This document shows positions 38,135 through 47,656 of a stretch of DNA of 64,000 bases, piece by piece. The DNA is from Candidatus Methylomirabilia bacterium (GTDB lineage: Bacteria; Methylomirabilota; Methylomirabilia; Rokubacteriales; CSP1-6), in contig JBGPXN010000004.1 of the NCBI GenBank assembly GCA_041492755.1, forward strand, positions 1,373 to 65,372. The letters are read 5' to 3'. Numbering within the stretch: position 1 is the stretch's first letter; the number at the start of each line of letters is the position of its first letter. The notes beneath the pieces are model-generated. The model saw only the letters and a list, made by a program, of their open reading frames with translations. It ran no database searches and was not told where the DNA came from. A program made the translations under genes and the position numbers.

Positions 38135-39055
38135 TTACATCGCGAGCGTGAGCTGTTTCGGCACCGGTGGCGGCTCGAGCCTGACCAGGCGCCGGTCCTC
38201 GATCTCGAAGCGGCGGGCCAGCTCGTGGACACGGCGGCGAACGGGCTCCGTATCCGAGCGCCCGAGGTAGGCGCTCGCGTAGAGCTTCTCGTAGCGCGGC
38301 AGCAGTTCCGGCCAGTCGCGGGCAAGATGGGCGAGGAAGTGCTCTCGCGTGCCGGGCTTGAGGAAGAGCACGTTGCACCAGACCGCCGTCGCTCCGGCGT
38401 CACGGGCGGCGCGCACGACCTCGAGCAGCAGCTCCGGCCGGTCAGAGATCCCGGGCAGGATCGGCGCGATCCCGACACCGGCCTTGATGCCGGCGTCCAC
38501 CAGCACACGGAGCGCGCGGAGCCGCTGGCGCGGCGGCGCCGTGCCCGGCTCGGTCTTGCGCCAGACGTCGAGATCGAGCGTCGGCACGGAGAAATTCACG
38601 CCGACCTCGGCGCGTCCCGCGGCGTGCTGGAGCACGTCGACGTCGCGCACGATCATGGGGCCGCGTGTGATGATGCTGAACGGCGTACGGGCGGCGGCGA
38701 AGGCCTCGAGGCAGCCGCGAGTGAGACGGTAGCTGCCCTCCACGGGTTGGTACGGATCGGTGGCGGCGCCGACGGCGACGCTCTCGCGTTGCCAGCCCGG
38801 TCGCGCGAGCTCCTGCCGGAGCACCTCGGCCACGTTCGTCTTCACGCGGATGACCTGGCCGTAGCGCTCGTCGGCCGGGCGGTCGGCCCGGCGCTCGAAG
38901 AACCGCACGTAGCAGAACGTACAGCGGTGCGCACAACCCATGTAGGGGTTGAGTGACCACGCGAAGTCCATGCCGGTCACCCGATTCAGCGCGCTGCGGC
39001 ACGCCTCTTCCCGAAAAACCGGGCGCATGCGCGCAGTGTACATCGTGCCGCGCAT
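38135..39055 (-). CDS. radical SAM protein (SplB/Rv2578c-like, DNA-repair-photolyase-type family)
   Basis: CAHRCTFCY (CxxxCxxC) near the N-terminus. Lies within spurious ORF 38135..40324. The start could be ATG 39055, 39043 or 39028, and none has a clear RBS. Confidence 0.8.
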   Translation of the reverse strand: MRGTMYTARMRPVFREEACRSALNRVTGMDFAWSLNPYMGCAHRCTFCYVRFFERRADRPADERYGQVIRVKTNVAEVLRQELARPGWQRESVAVGAATDPYQPVEGSYRLTRGCLEAFAAARTPFSIITRGPMIVRDVDVLQHAAGRAEVGVNFSVPTLDLDVWRKTEPGTAPPRQRLRALRVLVDAGIKAGVGIAPILPGISDRPELLLEVVRAARDAGATAVWCNVLFLKPGTREHFLAHLARDWPELLPRYEKLYASAYLGRSDTEPVRRRVHELARRFEIEDRRLVRLEPPPVPKQLTLAM

Positions 39056-39268
39056 CGAGTCGCTGGAGGCATGGCGATCGTGCATCACCACCCTGAGCCG
39101 ACGCACGTCGAGGTGCCGGGCGTTCGGGACGTGCACGATCAGCGGCGTGTGCGTGAGGGCGAGTTGCCACGCTGGGATGTCCCGGATCACGCGAGACCCG
39201 GCACGGTGGAGACGGTGTCGGCGCGTTCGCCCGCTATTCGCAGTGCTCCGGGTCTGTACAATGGCCGC

Positions 39269-39754
39269 GTGCAGCCGATCGACCGGGGGCTGGTGGACGA
39301 GGTATGGGGCGAGATCCTCGAGTATCATCCCGCTCGCCTGCAGATGGAGGCGGCGGCTTTCCTCGACCAGCAGCCGCACGTCGGCACGTTCACGAGCCTC
39401 GTTGGCCGGGAGTTCGACGATACCGTGCAGCGCACGGCGTTTGGCCTGGCCTTCCTGCTGTTCAAGGTCCTGGAGCGCAGTCGCGCGCAGAGCCTGCCTG
39501 TGCTCGCCGAAGAGCCCATCAACGCCGCCTATGAGGCGAACGTCGATTGGCTGGCGACGATGGAAGGCGGTGAGCCCGCGCTGATCGAGGCGGTGGAATC
39601 CGGCCCGGACCTCAACCCGTTGAGCTACCTTCTGTCCGTGTTCTATGAGGGGGACGGCGATCCGGGCGGGTACGATATCCGGGTCCGCGCAAACCTCTAC
39701 CTCATGCTCAAGACGCTGACGGAGGCGCTGGACGCCGGAGCGCCGGAGGGCTGA
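39269..39754 (+). CDS. hypothetical protein
   Basis: Lies in ORF 39071..39754. The coding-like part starts around GTG 39269 (VQPIDRGLVDEVWGEILEYHP...). No motif recognised. Confidence 0.45.
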   Translation: MQPIDRGLVDEVWGEILEYHPARLQMEAAAFLDQQPHVGTFTSLVGREFDDTVQRTAFGLAFLLFKVLERSRAQSLPVLAEEPINAAYEANVDWLATMEGGEPALIEAVESGPDLNPLSYLLSVFYEGDGDPGGYDIRVRANLYLMLKTLTEALDAGAPEG

Positions 39755-39865
39755 TGGAATACGGGCTGCTCGCGCTCGTTCGTCACCCCGCCGACGGCCA
39801 CAAGATCGCGGCCCACCTCCGTTCTCCGCGGCCTCGCCGATCTCCCGGTCGCGTTTTGACCACGC

Positions 39866-40348
39866 GTGCCTGACGACACGCTTCGCCGCGCGACGGATCT
39901 GTGGCAGGAGGCCTGCCGGCATCAGATGGCCGGCGAGCTGGACCGCGCCATCGAGCTCTATCGCGAGTCGATCGCCACCCATCCGACCGCCGAAGCGCAC
40001 ACGTACCTCGGCTGGACGCTGAGCTTTCAGGGGCGGCTGGAGGAAGCGACGGCCGAGTGTCTGCGCGCGATCGAGGTGGATCCGGACTTTGGCAACCCGT
40101 ACAACGACATCGGCGTCTACCTGATGCAGCAGCAAAAGCTGGAGGAAGCGATCCCGTGGCTCGAGCGGGCGAAACACGCCAAGCGCTACGAGCCGCGGCA
40201 GTTCCCGTACATGAACCTCGGGCGCATTTACATGCGCCGGGGGCGGTGGAGTGAGGCGCTGGCCGAGTTCCAGGGCGCGGTGGCCGCCGCCCCGCGTGAC
40301 GGCGAAGCGCACAAGGCCCTGCACGGTCTACGCGCGCGCCTGAATTGA
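39866..40348 (+). CDS. tetratricopeptide-repeat protein
   Basis: Several 34-aa TPR-like units (AIELYRESIATHP, AEAHTYLGWTL, ATAECLRAIEVDPDFGNPYNDIG, ALAEFQGAVAAAP). Confidence 0.75.
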   Translation: MPDDTLRRATDLWQEACRHQMAGELDRAIELYRESIATHPTAEAHTYLGWTLSFQGRLEEATAECLRAIEVDPDFGNPYNDIGVYLMQQQKLEEAIPWLERAKHAKRYEPRQFPYMNLGRIYMRRGRWSEALAEFQGAVAAAPRDGEAHKALHGLRARLN

Positions 40349-40370
40349 CCATCCCAAGGCGAGCTCTGCC

Positions 40371-40451
40371 GAGCACGTTCGCGAGAATGCCGGCGCGCTC
40401 GACTTCACCCTCGCTCCGGAGGACCTTGCGGCCATCGATGCCGCGAACTGA
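40371..40451 (+). pseudogene. relic of an aldo/keto reductase C-terminus
   Basis: EHVRENAGALDFTLAPEDLAAIDAAN-stop matches the AKR tail (..E.L.EN.GAL...L..E.L..ID..). Nothing coding lies upstream in that frame. Confidence 0.45.
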
Positions 40452-40606
40452 TGGGGACCCTTGCCGCTCTGGCAACGTGCGTGCGTGACCGCACCCGCGG
40501 GGCCGCGCGCAGGAAGCCGTTTTTCCTCGCAGAATCCGCCCCGCCCCGGCTACGCTGATATGGCAGGTTTGTTGCTCTGTGGGCGCGCGACGCCAAGGAG
40601 GATTGG

Positions 40607-41533
40607 ATGCGATACCTCGCGGTGGTGACGACGCTGGCGCTGGTGCTTGTCGGGTGCGCAACGGCGGTGCCGCGCGAGCCGGCTTCGGTCGATCTCACGG
40701 GTCGCTGGTCGGGGTCGTGGGAAGGCTACGGCATCCTCGATATCCCGCGCGAAGAGTCGGTGACCGCCGAGTTCACACAAGAGGGCGGCCGCGGGTACGG
40801 TCGGCTGTCGCTCGAGGGCACGATGGCCGCGGAGACCGTTCCCATGTCGCTGCGTCGCGCCGGGCTCACCGGGGCGCCGGTGCTCTTCGACGTGAGCGGC
40901 AACCACGTCATCGTCCGTCACGAGCTCGGCGAGAACCTCCTGCGGGCGGAGTTCACGGTGACGGGCCAGCGCATGGTCGGCCGTCTGCTGGACACCGCAC
41001 TGCCCGTGCGCATCGTGCTGGAGCGCGAGCGGCCGCAGACGGCGGCGGCACCGGTCGCCGCGGCCCCCGCGCCCGTCACGCCCCCGCGGCCGGCTCCCGC
41101 TCCTCCGCCGGTGGTCGCCGCCCCTCCTCCGCTGCCACCGGCGGTCTCCGCTCCGACGTCGGCGAGCCTGCCATCGCCGCGGGAGTTCTCGGCCGCGGCT
41201 GAGCTGAAGCCGGTCTACTTCGATTTCGATCGCGCCGACATCCGTCCGGCCGATGCGAGCGTCCTCGACGCGAACGCGCGCTGGCTACAGACGAACCGCG
41301 ACGCGCTCGTGCTCATCGAGGGACATTGCGACGAGCGTGGCACCGACGCTTACAACGTCGCCCTCGGCGAGCGCCGCGGCAGGTCCGCGCGTGACTACCT
41401 CGTCGCCCATGGCGTCGCGGCCGACCGCATCACCACGGTTTCCTACGGCGAAGAGCGGCCGGTGTGCCCCCAGCACAACGAAGGCTGCTGGCGCCAGAAC
41501 CGCCGCGCCGAGTTCCTCGTCAAGCCGAAATAG
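40607..41533 (+). CDS. OmpA-family lipoprotein with a Pal-like C-terminal domain
   Basis: Lipobox MRYLAVVTTLALVLVGC, a Pro/Ala-rich linker, and a C-terminus of VYFDFDRADIRP...IEGHCDERGTDAYNVALGERRG...NRRAEF. Confidence 0.85.
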   Translation: MRYLAVVTTLALVLVGCATAVPREPASVDLTGRWSGSWEGYGILDIPREESVTAEFTQEGGRGYGRLSLEGTMAAETVPMSLRRAGLTGAPVLFDVSGNHVIVRHELGENLLRAEFTVTGQRMVGRLLDTALPVRIVLERERPQTAAAPVAAAPAPVTPPRPAPAPPPVVAAPPPLPPAVSAPTSASLPSPREFSAAAELKPVYFDFDRADIRPADASVLDANARWLQTNRDALVLIEGHCDERGTDAYNVALGERRGRSARDYLVAHGVAADRITTVSYGEERPVCPQHNEGCWRQNRRAEFLVKPK

Positions 41534-41535
41534 CG

Positions 41536-41692
41536 CTCGGAGGGGGGCTCCGGCCGGAGATGGGGGGACGGGGAATGGGTCACCCGGACCCCATCTCCCA
41601 TCTCCGCCCGTGCCCCCCGGTCGATCGCGGTGTGCGCGTTCACGAATGATCCAGGCCTAACGGCCCGCTCCGCTGGTCTCCCCCCCAAAGCT
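41536..41692 (+). repeat. GC-rich intergenic repeat, family B, copy 1
   Basis: The flanks CTCGGAGGGGGGCT (41536) and CCGCT.G..CTCCCCCCAAAGCT (41670-41692) recur at 60405..60479. The core 41568..41660 aligns with 47799..47893 (GGGAATGGGTCACCCGGACCCCATC...GTGCGCGTTCACGAAT.ATCC.GGC). Starts 3 nt after a stop codon. Confidence 0.7.
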
Positions 41693-41953
41693 CTTTCGCG
41701 CGTCTTCCGCCCGACCGTCGACTCCGGCGTCGCCGTTTTTGGAGTCGGCGACTGCCTGGTAATTGATTTCCACTCGCCGTTGTTGGGCGGCGTCAGCGGG
41801 TGGACGACGCGTCGGGGGGGTGACGGGGCACGGGGGGAGGCGGGGCGGGAGGTTCGGTGGCGCGCGGAGTTACACGCAGGTGGAGGCGTGGCGGGGTCGT
41901 TGCAAATCGTGGGTGCTGAGGTCGCAGGATTTCCGCGTGGGCGAGGAGGCAGT

Positions 41954-42691
41954 ATGCGAGTGGCATTGACCGTCGGGACTCTGGCCGTTGCGGTGCTGGC
42001 CGCGACGGGGTGCGCCACCCGCGATTGGGTGCGCGAAACGCTCGGGACCAAGGAAGCGCAGATCAATCGTCGTGTCGCGGACGTCGAGGGGTCGGTCGGC
42101 GAGGAGCGCGCGCGAATCGATGGCGTCGAGCAGCGGGTGGGTGAGCACCGCGACCGCATGGGACAGGTCGAGGGCCGGTTGCAGCAAGAGGCGCAGCGGG
42201 TCGAGGGTATGGGCTTTCGCGTGACCGGTGTCGAGACGCAGATCACCGAGCTCGGCGGCGGGGTCAAGTCCGCGCGTGAGCGCGCGGATGCGGCGTTCAC
42301 GAAAGCCGAAGAAGTCGACGCGCGGGTGACGCGCCTGGCGAATCGCGCTCAGGCTCGCCAGCTCGTCGAGAAGGTGGATCTCACGTTCCCCTTCGGCCGC
42401 GCCGACCTCAACGACAACGCTCAGACCACGCTGGCTGGCCTCGTCAAAGATCTCCAGGCCAACCCCAAGCTCAGCGTCGACCTCGAAGGCTTCACCGATC
42501 CCATGGGCCCCCACGAGTACAACCTCGGACTGAGTGCGCGCCGCGTGGAAGCGGTCCGCCGCCACCTCGTCGAGCAGGGCGTCGAGATGCCCAGGATCCA
42601 CGCCATCGGCCGCGGCCCGCTCGGCGACGCCGGTGTCCCGAACGACAAGAAGCGGCGCGTGACCGTCAAGCTGATGATCCAGGCCGACTGA
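41954..42691 (+). CDS. OmpA-family lipoprotein with a coiled-coil N-terminal region
   Basis: GAGGAGG then ATG 41954. Lipobox LAVAVLAATGC. C-terminal OmpA-like domain (FPFGRADLND...LEGFTDPMGPHEYNLGLSARR). Confidence 0.8.
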   Translation: MRVALTVGTLAVAVLAATGCATRDWVRETLGTKEAQINRRVADVEGSVGEERARIDGVEQRVGEHRDRMGQVEGRLQQEAQRVEGMGFRVTGVETQITELGGGVKSARERADAAFTKAEEVDARVTRLANRAQARQLVEKVDLTFPFGRADLNDNAQTTLAGLVKDLQANPKLSVDLEGFTDPMGPHEYNLGLSARRVEAVRRHLVEQGVEMPRIHAIGRGPLGDAGVPNDKKRRVTVKLMIQAD

Positions 42692-42700
42692 CCAACCGCT

Positions 42701-42740
42701 CGCATGCCGCGCTGGCGCGTGTCTGCCAGCGTGGCATGCG
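42701..42740 (+). terminator. 16-bp stem-loop after the OmpA-family gene
   Basis: CGCATGCCGCGCTGGC-GCGTGTCT-GCCAGCGTGGCATGCG (one G-U pair), 10 nt after the stop. Confidence 0.55.
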
Positions 42741-42875
42741 GGCGCAGACGTGGCGGGCGGGAGATCGCGGCGAAAGGGGCGAAATCTTCCGATTACCCAC
42801 GGGCCGCCGGTGTGGCACGCCGGTTGCCCTTGAGCGACATATCTTCGTTGGATACTATTTGTCGCGGAGTCAGGC

Positions 42876-44126
42876 ATGAGACCGACGTTTAGAACCCTCA
42901 AAGTTCACGACGCACGCGCCTTGCAAGCGCTGATGGCGGAGCACGCCGACTCCGTCGAGCCCGGCCTCAAGGTCCTCGACGAGCGCGTACTCCTCGGCGG
43001 CGGCGCGGTGGATCTGGTTGCCCTCGATTCCGAAGGAGCGCTCGTCCTCGTCGCCGTCTCGTTCGTCGCCGACGACGCGATGCTGCTGCGCATGCTCGAG
43101 GCCTACGCGTGGTGCCTCGAATACCCTGACACCATCACCCGGCTTTATCCCGCGAGCCGCACTACCCTGGCCGCGCCGCCGCGGGTGATGTTCATCGGCG
43201 AGCGCTTGCCCGACGCCTTCCTGCGGAAGGTGAAGCACCTGCGGATGCCGTCGATCGACTGCCTCGAGTTCCGCTATCTCGAAGTCAACGGTGTCGCCGG
43301 CTTGTACTTCAACGTCGTCGAAGATGCCCGCCCGAGCGACGGACCGGCGGCGATCAATTCGGCGGCCGCCAGTGCTTCGGTCCAGGCGAGGCCCTCGCGC
43401 GAGCCCGCGACGATGAGCGCGGCGCCCGTCTCGGCGGCTGCACCGATTGCGCCGGTTGCGAGTCCGCCAATCGCCGAGCCAGTCGCGCCGATCATGCCGG
43501 CGCCCGCATCGATCGAGTCGCCGTCCGCGCCCGGCGCCGCGGCTCGTGTCGAGCCGGATGTGTCGGCGCCGAAGCGCAGCGTGGCCGCGCGCGGGACCGC
43601 AACGCAGGCCCCGGGGGACGTCGCGCCGGCGGCCGCGGTCGAGCCTCTCGCCGCGAGTATCGCGGCCGCCGATCCAGCGCCGGGCGCCGAGCCCCTGACC
43701 AAGGGAGTGGCCAACGCGGTTCTTGACGTCCCGCGCCCGATGGAGATGCCGCCGGCCGAGTTGCTGGAAGGGCTTCGGATGCCGGAGACGCTGTCTTCGC
43801 AGTGGCGCCGGGTTCTGAGCAAGACGCCCGATGCCCCCGACGCGGCGAAGGTCCTGGTCGTCCGCGAGTTCCTTCAGCGGGAGTTCCCCGGCTGCACCGT
43901 CTACGATTTCTACGAGCACCAGCGCGCCGCCCAGGTCTTCCATCTGCAAAATAGCCAGGGAAGCCTGATGCACCTGGCGGTGGTCTCCGACGACTTCTTC
44001 GAAGTCCAGGCCGAGGGTGACATCAAGCGCTTCCTGGAGAAGAATCGGCTCGCCCGCGCGCTTCGGGACGCCGGGTCGACCGACGTGCTGGTCACCCCGG
44101 CCGGCGTTCGCGTCGCGAAGGCCTGA
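42876..44126 (+). CDS. hypothetical protein: nuclease-fold-like N-domain, ~170-aa Ala/Pro-rich linker, unknown C-domain
   Basis: ORF 42876..44126. The N-terminal segment PGLKVLDERVLLGGGAVDLVALDSEGALVLVAV resembles NucS/DUF91-type PD-(D/E)xK cores, but no E-x-K follows. Confidence 0.55.
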   Translation: MRPTFRTLKVHDARALQALMAEHADSVEPGLKVLDERVLLGGGAVDLVALDSEGALVLVAVSFVADDAMLLRMLEAYAWCLEYPDTITRLYPASRTTLAAPPRVMFIGERLPDAFLRKVKHLRMPSIDCLEFRYLEVNGVAGLYFNVVEDARPSDGPAAINSAAASASVQARPSREPATMSAAPVSAAAPIAPVASPPIAEPVAPIMPAPASIESPSAPGAAARVEPDVSAPKRSVAARGTATQAPGDVAPAAAVEPLAASIAAADPAPGAEPLTKGVANAVLDVPRPMEMPPAELLEGLRMPETLSSQWRRVLSKTPDAPDAAKVLVVREFLQREFPGCTVYDFYEHQRAAQVFHLQNSQGSLMHLAVVSDDFFEVQAEGDIKRFLEKNRLARALRDAGSTDVLVTPAGVRVAKA

Positions 44127-44178
44127 AGTCGGCCCGCCGGCGGTGCCCGCGAGCCGAACCGCGGCGGCGAGCCGCAGG

Positions 44179-44586
44179 TCAGCGGCGCGGCGGTAGTCGC
44201 TCGACCGTCACGACCAGCAGCGCCCCCGGGACGTCCTTGAGCCCGAAGGCGATGTGGTCGCCCACCTTGAGACCGGCAAAGAGGTCCAACGAGCCCGCGA
44301 TGAACGGCATGCTCATCTTCTCGTTCATCAGCCCGGCGATCGGATCGTGGTCGATCACGATGACCGGGCGAGACTCGTGCAAGCTCGACGGGGGTGGAAG
44401 GATGGCCATCACGACGCCGGTGCCCCGCCAGTCCGGCCGGGGCGCCGGCGCGCGACCGCCGGCGCTCTGCGCCTCCGCGGCGGCGCCGGCCATGGCGAGG
44501 AGCACCACGCAGGCGAGCGCCGTCAGCGAAACGGGCCCAGGGCGGATCGGCCGTTCATCGGCACGAGCGGGTACGTGTAGGCACAC
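44179..44586 (-). CDS. CusF-like periplasmic copper-binding protein
   Basis: GTG 44586 gives the signal LTALACVVLLAMAGAAAEA. Core VIDHDPIAGLMNEKMSMPF...LKVGDHIAF resembles the CusF HHDPI...M.M.F...GD motif. Confidence 0.7.
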   Translation of the reverse strand: MCLHVPARADERPIRPGPVSLTALACVVLLAMAGAAAEAQSAGGRAPAPRPDWRGTGVVMAILPPPSSLHESRPVIVIDHDPIAGLMNEKMSMPFIAGSLDLFAGLKVGDHIAFGLKDVPGALLVVTVERLPPRR

Positions 44587-44619
44587 CGGTGCGGTCCATT
44601 CTATCCCCCCGGTCTCCCG

Positions 44620-44790
44620 GGGTCCCAGTGGTTCGCCTACTACGCCAGGCACTTCGACACGGCCGAGCTGAACAACTCCCTTTACGGGCTGCCCGCCCGG
44701 GCCACGTTCGCCGCCTGGCGCCGCGCCGCCGGGGTTCATCGTCGCCGTCAAGGCGAGCCGGTACCTCACGCACATGAAGCGGTTAAAAGG
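44620..44790 (+). pseudogene. frameshifted relic of a DUF72-family gene
   Basis: WFAYYARHFDTAELNNSLYGLPARATFAAWRRAA, then after a 1-nt frame change PGFIVAVKASRYLTHMKRL. Both pieces match the conserved DUF72 N-terminal half. The rest is absent. Confidence 0.5.
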
Positions 44791-44994
44791 GGTCGGGAAG
44801 CCGCCCGCGGATCCGCCCTCGAGAACGCCGCCCGCCCGCCCGACCTCGCCGGCTGAACCGGCGCGCCGCCCCGCCCCCGCGCTGGGGTAAAGTTGCAGCC
44901 GGCCGTCCCGGACCGATACAGTCGAAGCCTGCGGGGGCCGTGGCTGCTGGTTGCTCGCTCCAATCGCGCGGACCCGCTGAAAGGACGCGGCGCG

Positions 44995-45636
44995 ATGAAA
45001 GAGGTGCGCTGGATGTTTGTTTCGATCCTCCTGGTCGTGCTGACCGTCGTTCCCGTGTGGGCGGGGCCGCCGACGGACCAGGTGAAACAGTACACGGACC
45101 AGGTGGCAAAGATCCTTCAAGATCCGGCGTTGCGCCGGATGGACAAGCGGGAGGCGGTCCGCAAGGTCGCCGAGCAGATCTTCGACGTGAACGAGACGGC
45201 CCGCCGCGCGCTCGGTCCCCACTGGCAGAAGCTCAGTCCCGCCGAGCGCGAGGAGTTCGTGAACCTCTTCGCCGACCTGCTCGAGCGGACCTACATCTCC
45301 AAGATCGATCTCTATGGCGGGGAGCGCCTGCGCTTCACGAACGAGACGATCGACGGTGACTTTGCCGTCGTGAAGGGACGGGTGACCACGCAGAAGGGCA
45401 CGGAGATTCCGGTCGACGCGCGGATGCTCAAGAAGGACGGTCGCTGGCTGATCTACGACATCATCATCGAGAACGTGAGCCTGATCGGCAACTATCGGGC
45501 GCAGTTCGACCGGATCATCCGCACCAGCTCGTTCGACGAGCTGATGAAGCGGCTGAAAACCCGACGCAATGAGTTCCTCAACGAGCGGACCGGCCGGACC
45601 TCGTCGCTTGAAATGGTGCTGACGAGGTTCATATAA
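44995..45636 (+). CDS. mlaC: MlaC/Ttg2D-family phospholipid-binding protein
   Basis: Signal [23 protein letters not shown]. Motifs [47 protein letters not shown]. Confidence 0.85.
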   Translation: MKEVRWMFVSILLVVLTVVPVWAGPPTDQVKQYTDQVAKILQDPALRRMDKREAVRKVAEQIFDVNETARRALGPHWQKLSPAEREEFVNLFADLLERTYISKIDLYGGERLRFTNETIDGDFAVVKGRVTTQKGTEIPVDARMLKKDGRWLIYDIIIENVSLIGNYRAQFDRIIRTSSFDELMKRLKTRRNEFLNERTGRTSSLEMVLTRFI

Positions 45637-45689
45637 TCGGGCCGCTCGAATCCCCGGACGCGCCCACGCGTCCCTCCAGAGGTCATCCC

Positions 45690-47642
45690 ATGCCGAAAAC
45701 GGGCTCCCGGAGCGAACCGATCGAGGCTCTTCTCAAGGAAGGCCGCAAGTTCCCGCCACCGAAGGCCTTCACCGAGCAGGCGACCGTCAAGAGCCTGGCG
45801 ATCTACCGGGAGGCCAAGCGCAACCCCGTCGCCTTCTGGGAGAAGCAGGCGAAGACGCTCCGGTGGATGAAGCCGTGGAAGAAAGCGGTCGAATGGAAGC
45901 TGCCCTATGCCAAGTGGTTCGTGGGCGGCAAGCTCAACGTCTCCGACAACTGCCTGGACCGGCACGTGGAGACCGCGCGTCGTAACAAGGCGGCGCTCAT
46001 TTGGGAAGGCGAGCCCGGCGACACGCGGGTGCTGACGTACTGGGACCTCTATCGCGAGGTCAACCGGTTTGCCGCCGCGCTTCGCCGCCACGGCGTCAAG
46101 AAGGGCGACGCCGTCACCATCTACATGCCGATGATCCCGGAGCTGCCGATTGCCATGCTCGCCTGCGCGCGCATCGGCGCGCCTCACAGCGTGGTCTTCG
46201 GCGGGTTCTCGCCGGAGTCGCTGCGCGATCGCATCAACGACTGCAAGTCGCGCGTCGTCATCACCGCGGACGGCAGCTTCCGCCGGGGCGGGATGGTGCC
46301 GCTGAAGACGAACACCGACGACGCGATCAAGGAATGCCCGTTCGTCAACACCGTGATCGTGTACAAGCGGACCGGCCAGGACGTCGCCTGGCAGCACGAC
46401 CGTGACTACTGGTGGCACGACTTCATCAAGGACGCCGACGGCTACGTCAAGCCCGAGCCCATGGACTCGGAGGACATGCTGTACCTGCTGTACACGTCCG
46501 GCTCGACCGGCAAGCCCAAGGGCATCGTTCACACCACCGGCGGCTATCTGACCGGCGTCAGCGCCACCCACCGGCTGATCTTCGACCTCAAGGAAGAGGA
46601 CGTCTACTGGTGCACGGCCGACATCGGTTGGGTCACCGGCCACTCCTACATCGTGTACGGACCACTCGCCAACGGCGCCACCGGCGTCATGTACGAGGGC
46701 ACGCCCGACTATCCGGACAAGGACCGCTTCTGGCGGATCGTCGAAAGGTACGGGGTGACGATTCTCTACACCGCGCCGACCGCCATCCGGACGTTCGTGC
46801 GCTGGGGTGAGGAGTATCCGAAGCGGTGCAACATGTCGTCGCTGCGGCTGCTGGGCACGGTCGGCGAGCCGATCAATCCGGAGGCGTGGGTCTGGTACTG
46901 GAAGGTGATCGGCGGCGGACGCTGCCCGATCGTCGATACCTGGTGGCAGACGGAGACGGGCCACATCCTGATCTCTCCCCTCCCCGGTGTCACGGTCTGT
47001 AAGCCGGGTTCGGCGACGATGCCGTTCCCGGGTATCGAAGCCGACGTCGTCAACGACAAGGGCGAGTCGGTGGACGCGGGTTACCTGGTCATCAAGCGGC
47101 CGTGGCCCGGTATGCTGCGCGGGATCTACGGAGACCCGGAGCGGTTCGTGAAGCAGTACTGGAGCCAGATCCCCGGGATGTACTTCACGGGGGACGGCGC
47201 CAAGCGCGACAAGGACGGCTACCTCTGGCTGCTCGGCCGCATCGACGACGTCATGAACGTCTCCGGCCATCGGGTGTCCACCATGGAGGTGGAATCGGCG
47301 CTCGTCGATCACCCGGCGGTGGCGGAGGCAGCCGTCATCGGCCGGACCCACGAGATCAAGGGGCAGGCGATCGCCGCGTTCGTCACGATCAAGGCCGGCA
47401 TCACCGCCACCGAGGACCTCAAGAACGAGATCAAGGCGCACGTGGCCAAGAAGATCGGCGCGCTGGCCCGGCCGGACGACGTGATCTACGCCGCGGAGCT
47501 GCCGAAGACCCGGAGCGGCAAGATCATGCGGCGGCTGCTCCGGGACGTTGCCGAAGGCCGCGCGCTCGGTGACACGACGACGCTGGCCGATGCTTCCGTC
47601 GTTTCCGAGTTGAAGAAGAAGTACGAGGACAAGGAAGGCTAG
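45690..47642 (+). CDS. acs: acetyl-CoA synthetase
   Basis: 650 aa with [11 protein letters not shown] and WWQTETG, plus a C-terminal [11 protein letters not shown]. Confidence 0.95.
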   Translation: MPKTGSRSEPIEALLKEGRKFPPPKAFTEQATVKSLAIYREAKRNPVAFWEKQAKTLRWMKPWKKAVEWKLPYAKWFVGGKLNVSDNCLDRHVETARRNKAALIWEGEPGDTRVLTYWDLYREVNRFAAALRRHGVKKGDAVTIYMPMIPELPIAMLACARIGAPHSVVFGGFSPESLRDRINDCKSRVVITADGSFRRGGMVPLKTNTDDAIKECPFVNTVIVYKRTGQDVAWQHDRDYWWHDFIKDADGYVKPEPMDSEDMLYLLYTSGSTGKPKGIVHTTGGYLTGVSATHRLIFDLKEEDVYWCTADIGWVTGHSYIVYGPLANGATGVMYEGTPDYPDKDRFWRIVERYGVTILYTAPTAIRTFVRWGEEYPKRCNMSSLRLLGTVGEPINPEAWVWYWKVIGGGRCPIVDTWWQTETGHILISPLPGVTVCKPGSATMPFPGIEADVVNDKGESVDAGYLVIKRPWPGMLRGIYGDPERFVKQYWSQIPGMYFTGDGAKRDKDGYLWLLGRIDDVMNVSGHRVSTMEVESALVDHPAVAEAAVIGRTHEIKGQAIAAFVTIKAGITATEDLKNEIKAHVAKKIGALARPDDVIYAAELPKTRSGKIMRRLLRDVAEGRALGDTTTLADASVVSELKKKYEDKEG

Positions 47643-47656
47643 CCCAAGGCTAGCCC
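47635..47656 (+). repeat. perfect 11-bp tandem duplication spanning the acs stop codon
   Basis: AAGGCTAGCCC AAGGCTAGCCC. The first copy contains the acs TAG (47640-47642). The second copy starts the long inverted repeat. Confidence 0.9.

Noticed and set aside
39754-39873. 39-codon ORF (MEYGLLALVRHPADGHKIAAHL...) overlapping the stop of the upstream gene; possible PadR-like N-terminal relic
   Set aside because: The similarity is limited to about 20 residues of a loose helix-turn-helix pattern. That is too weak to call without a search.
45492-47441. 649-aa minus-strand ORF opposite acs
   Set aside because: It is antisense to a canonical acetyl-CoA synthetase and carries no motifs.
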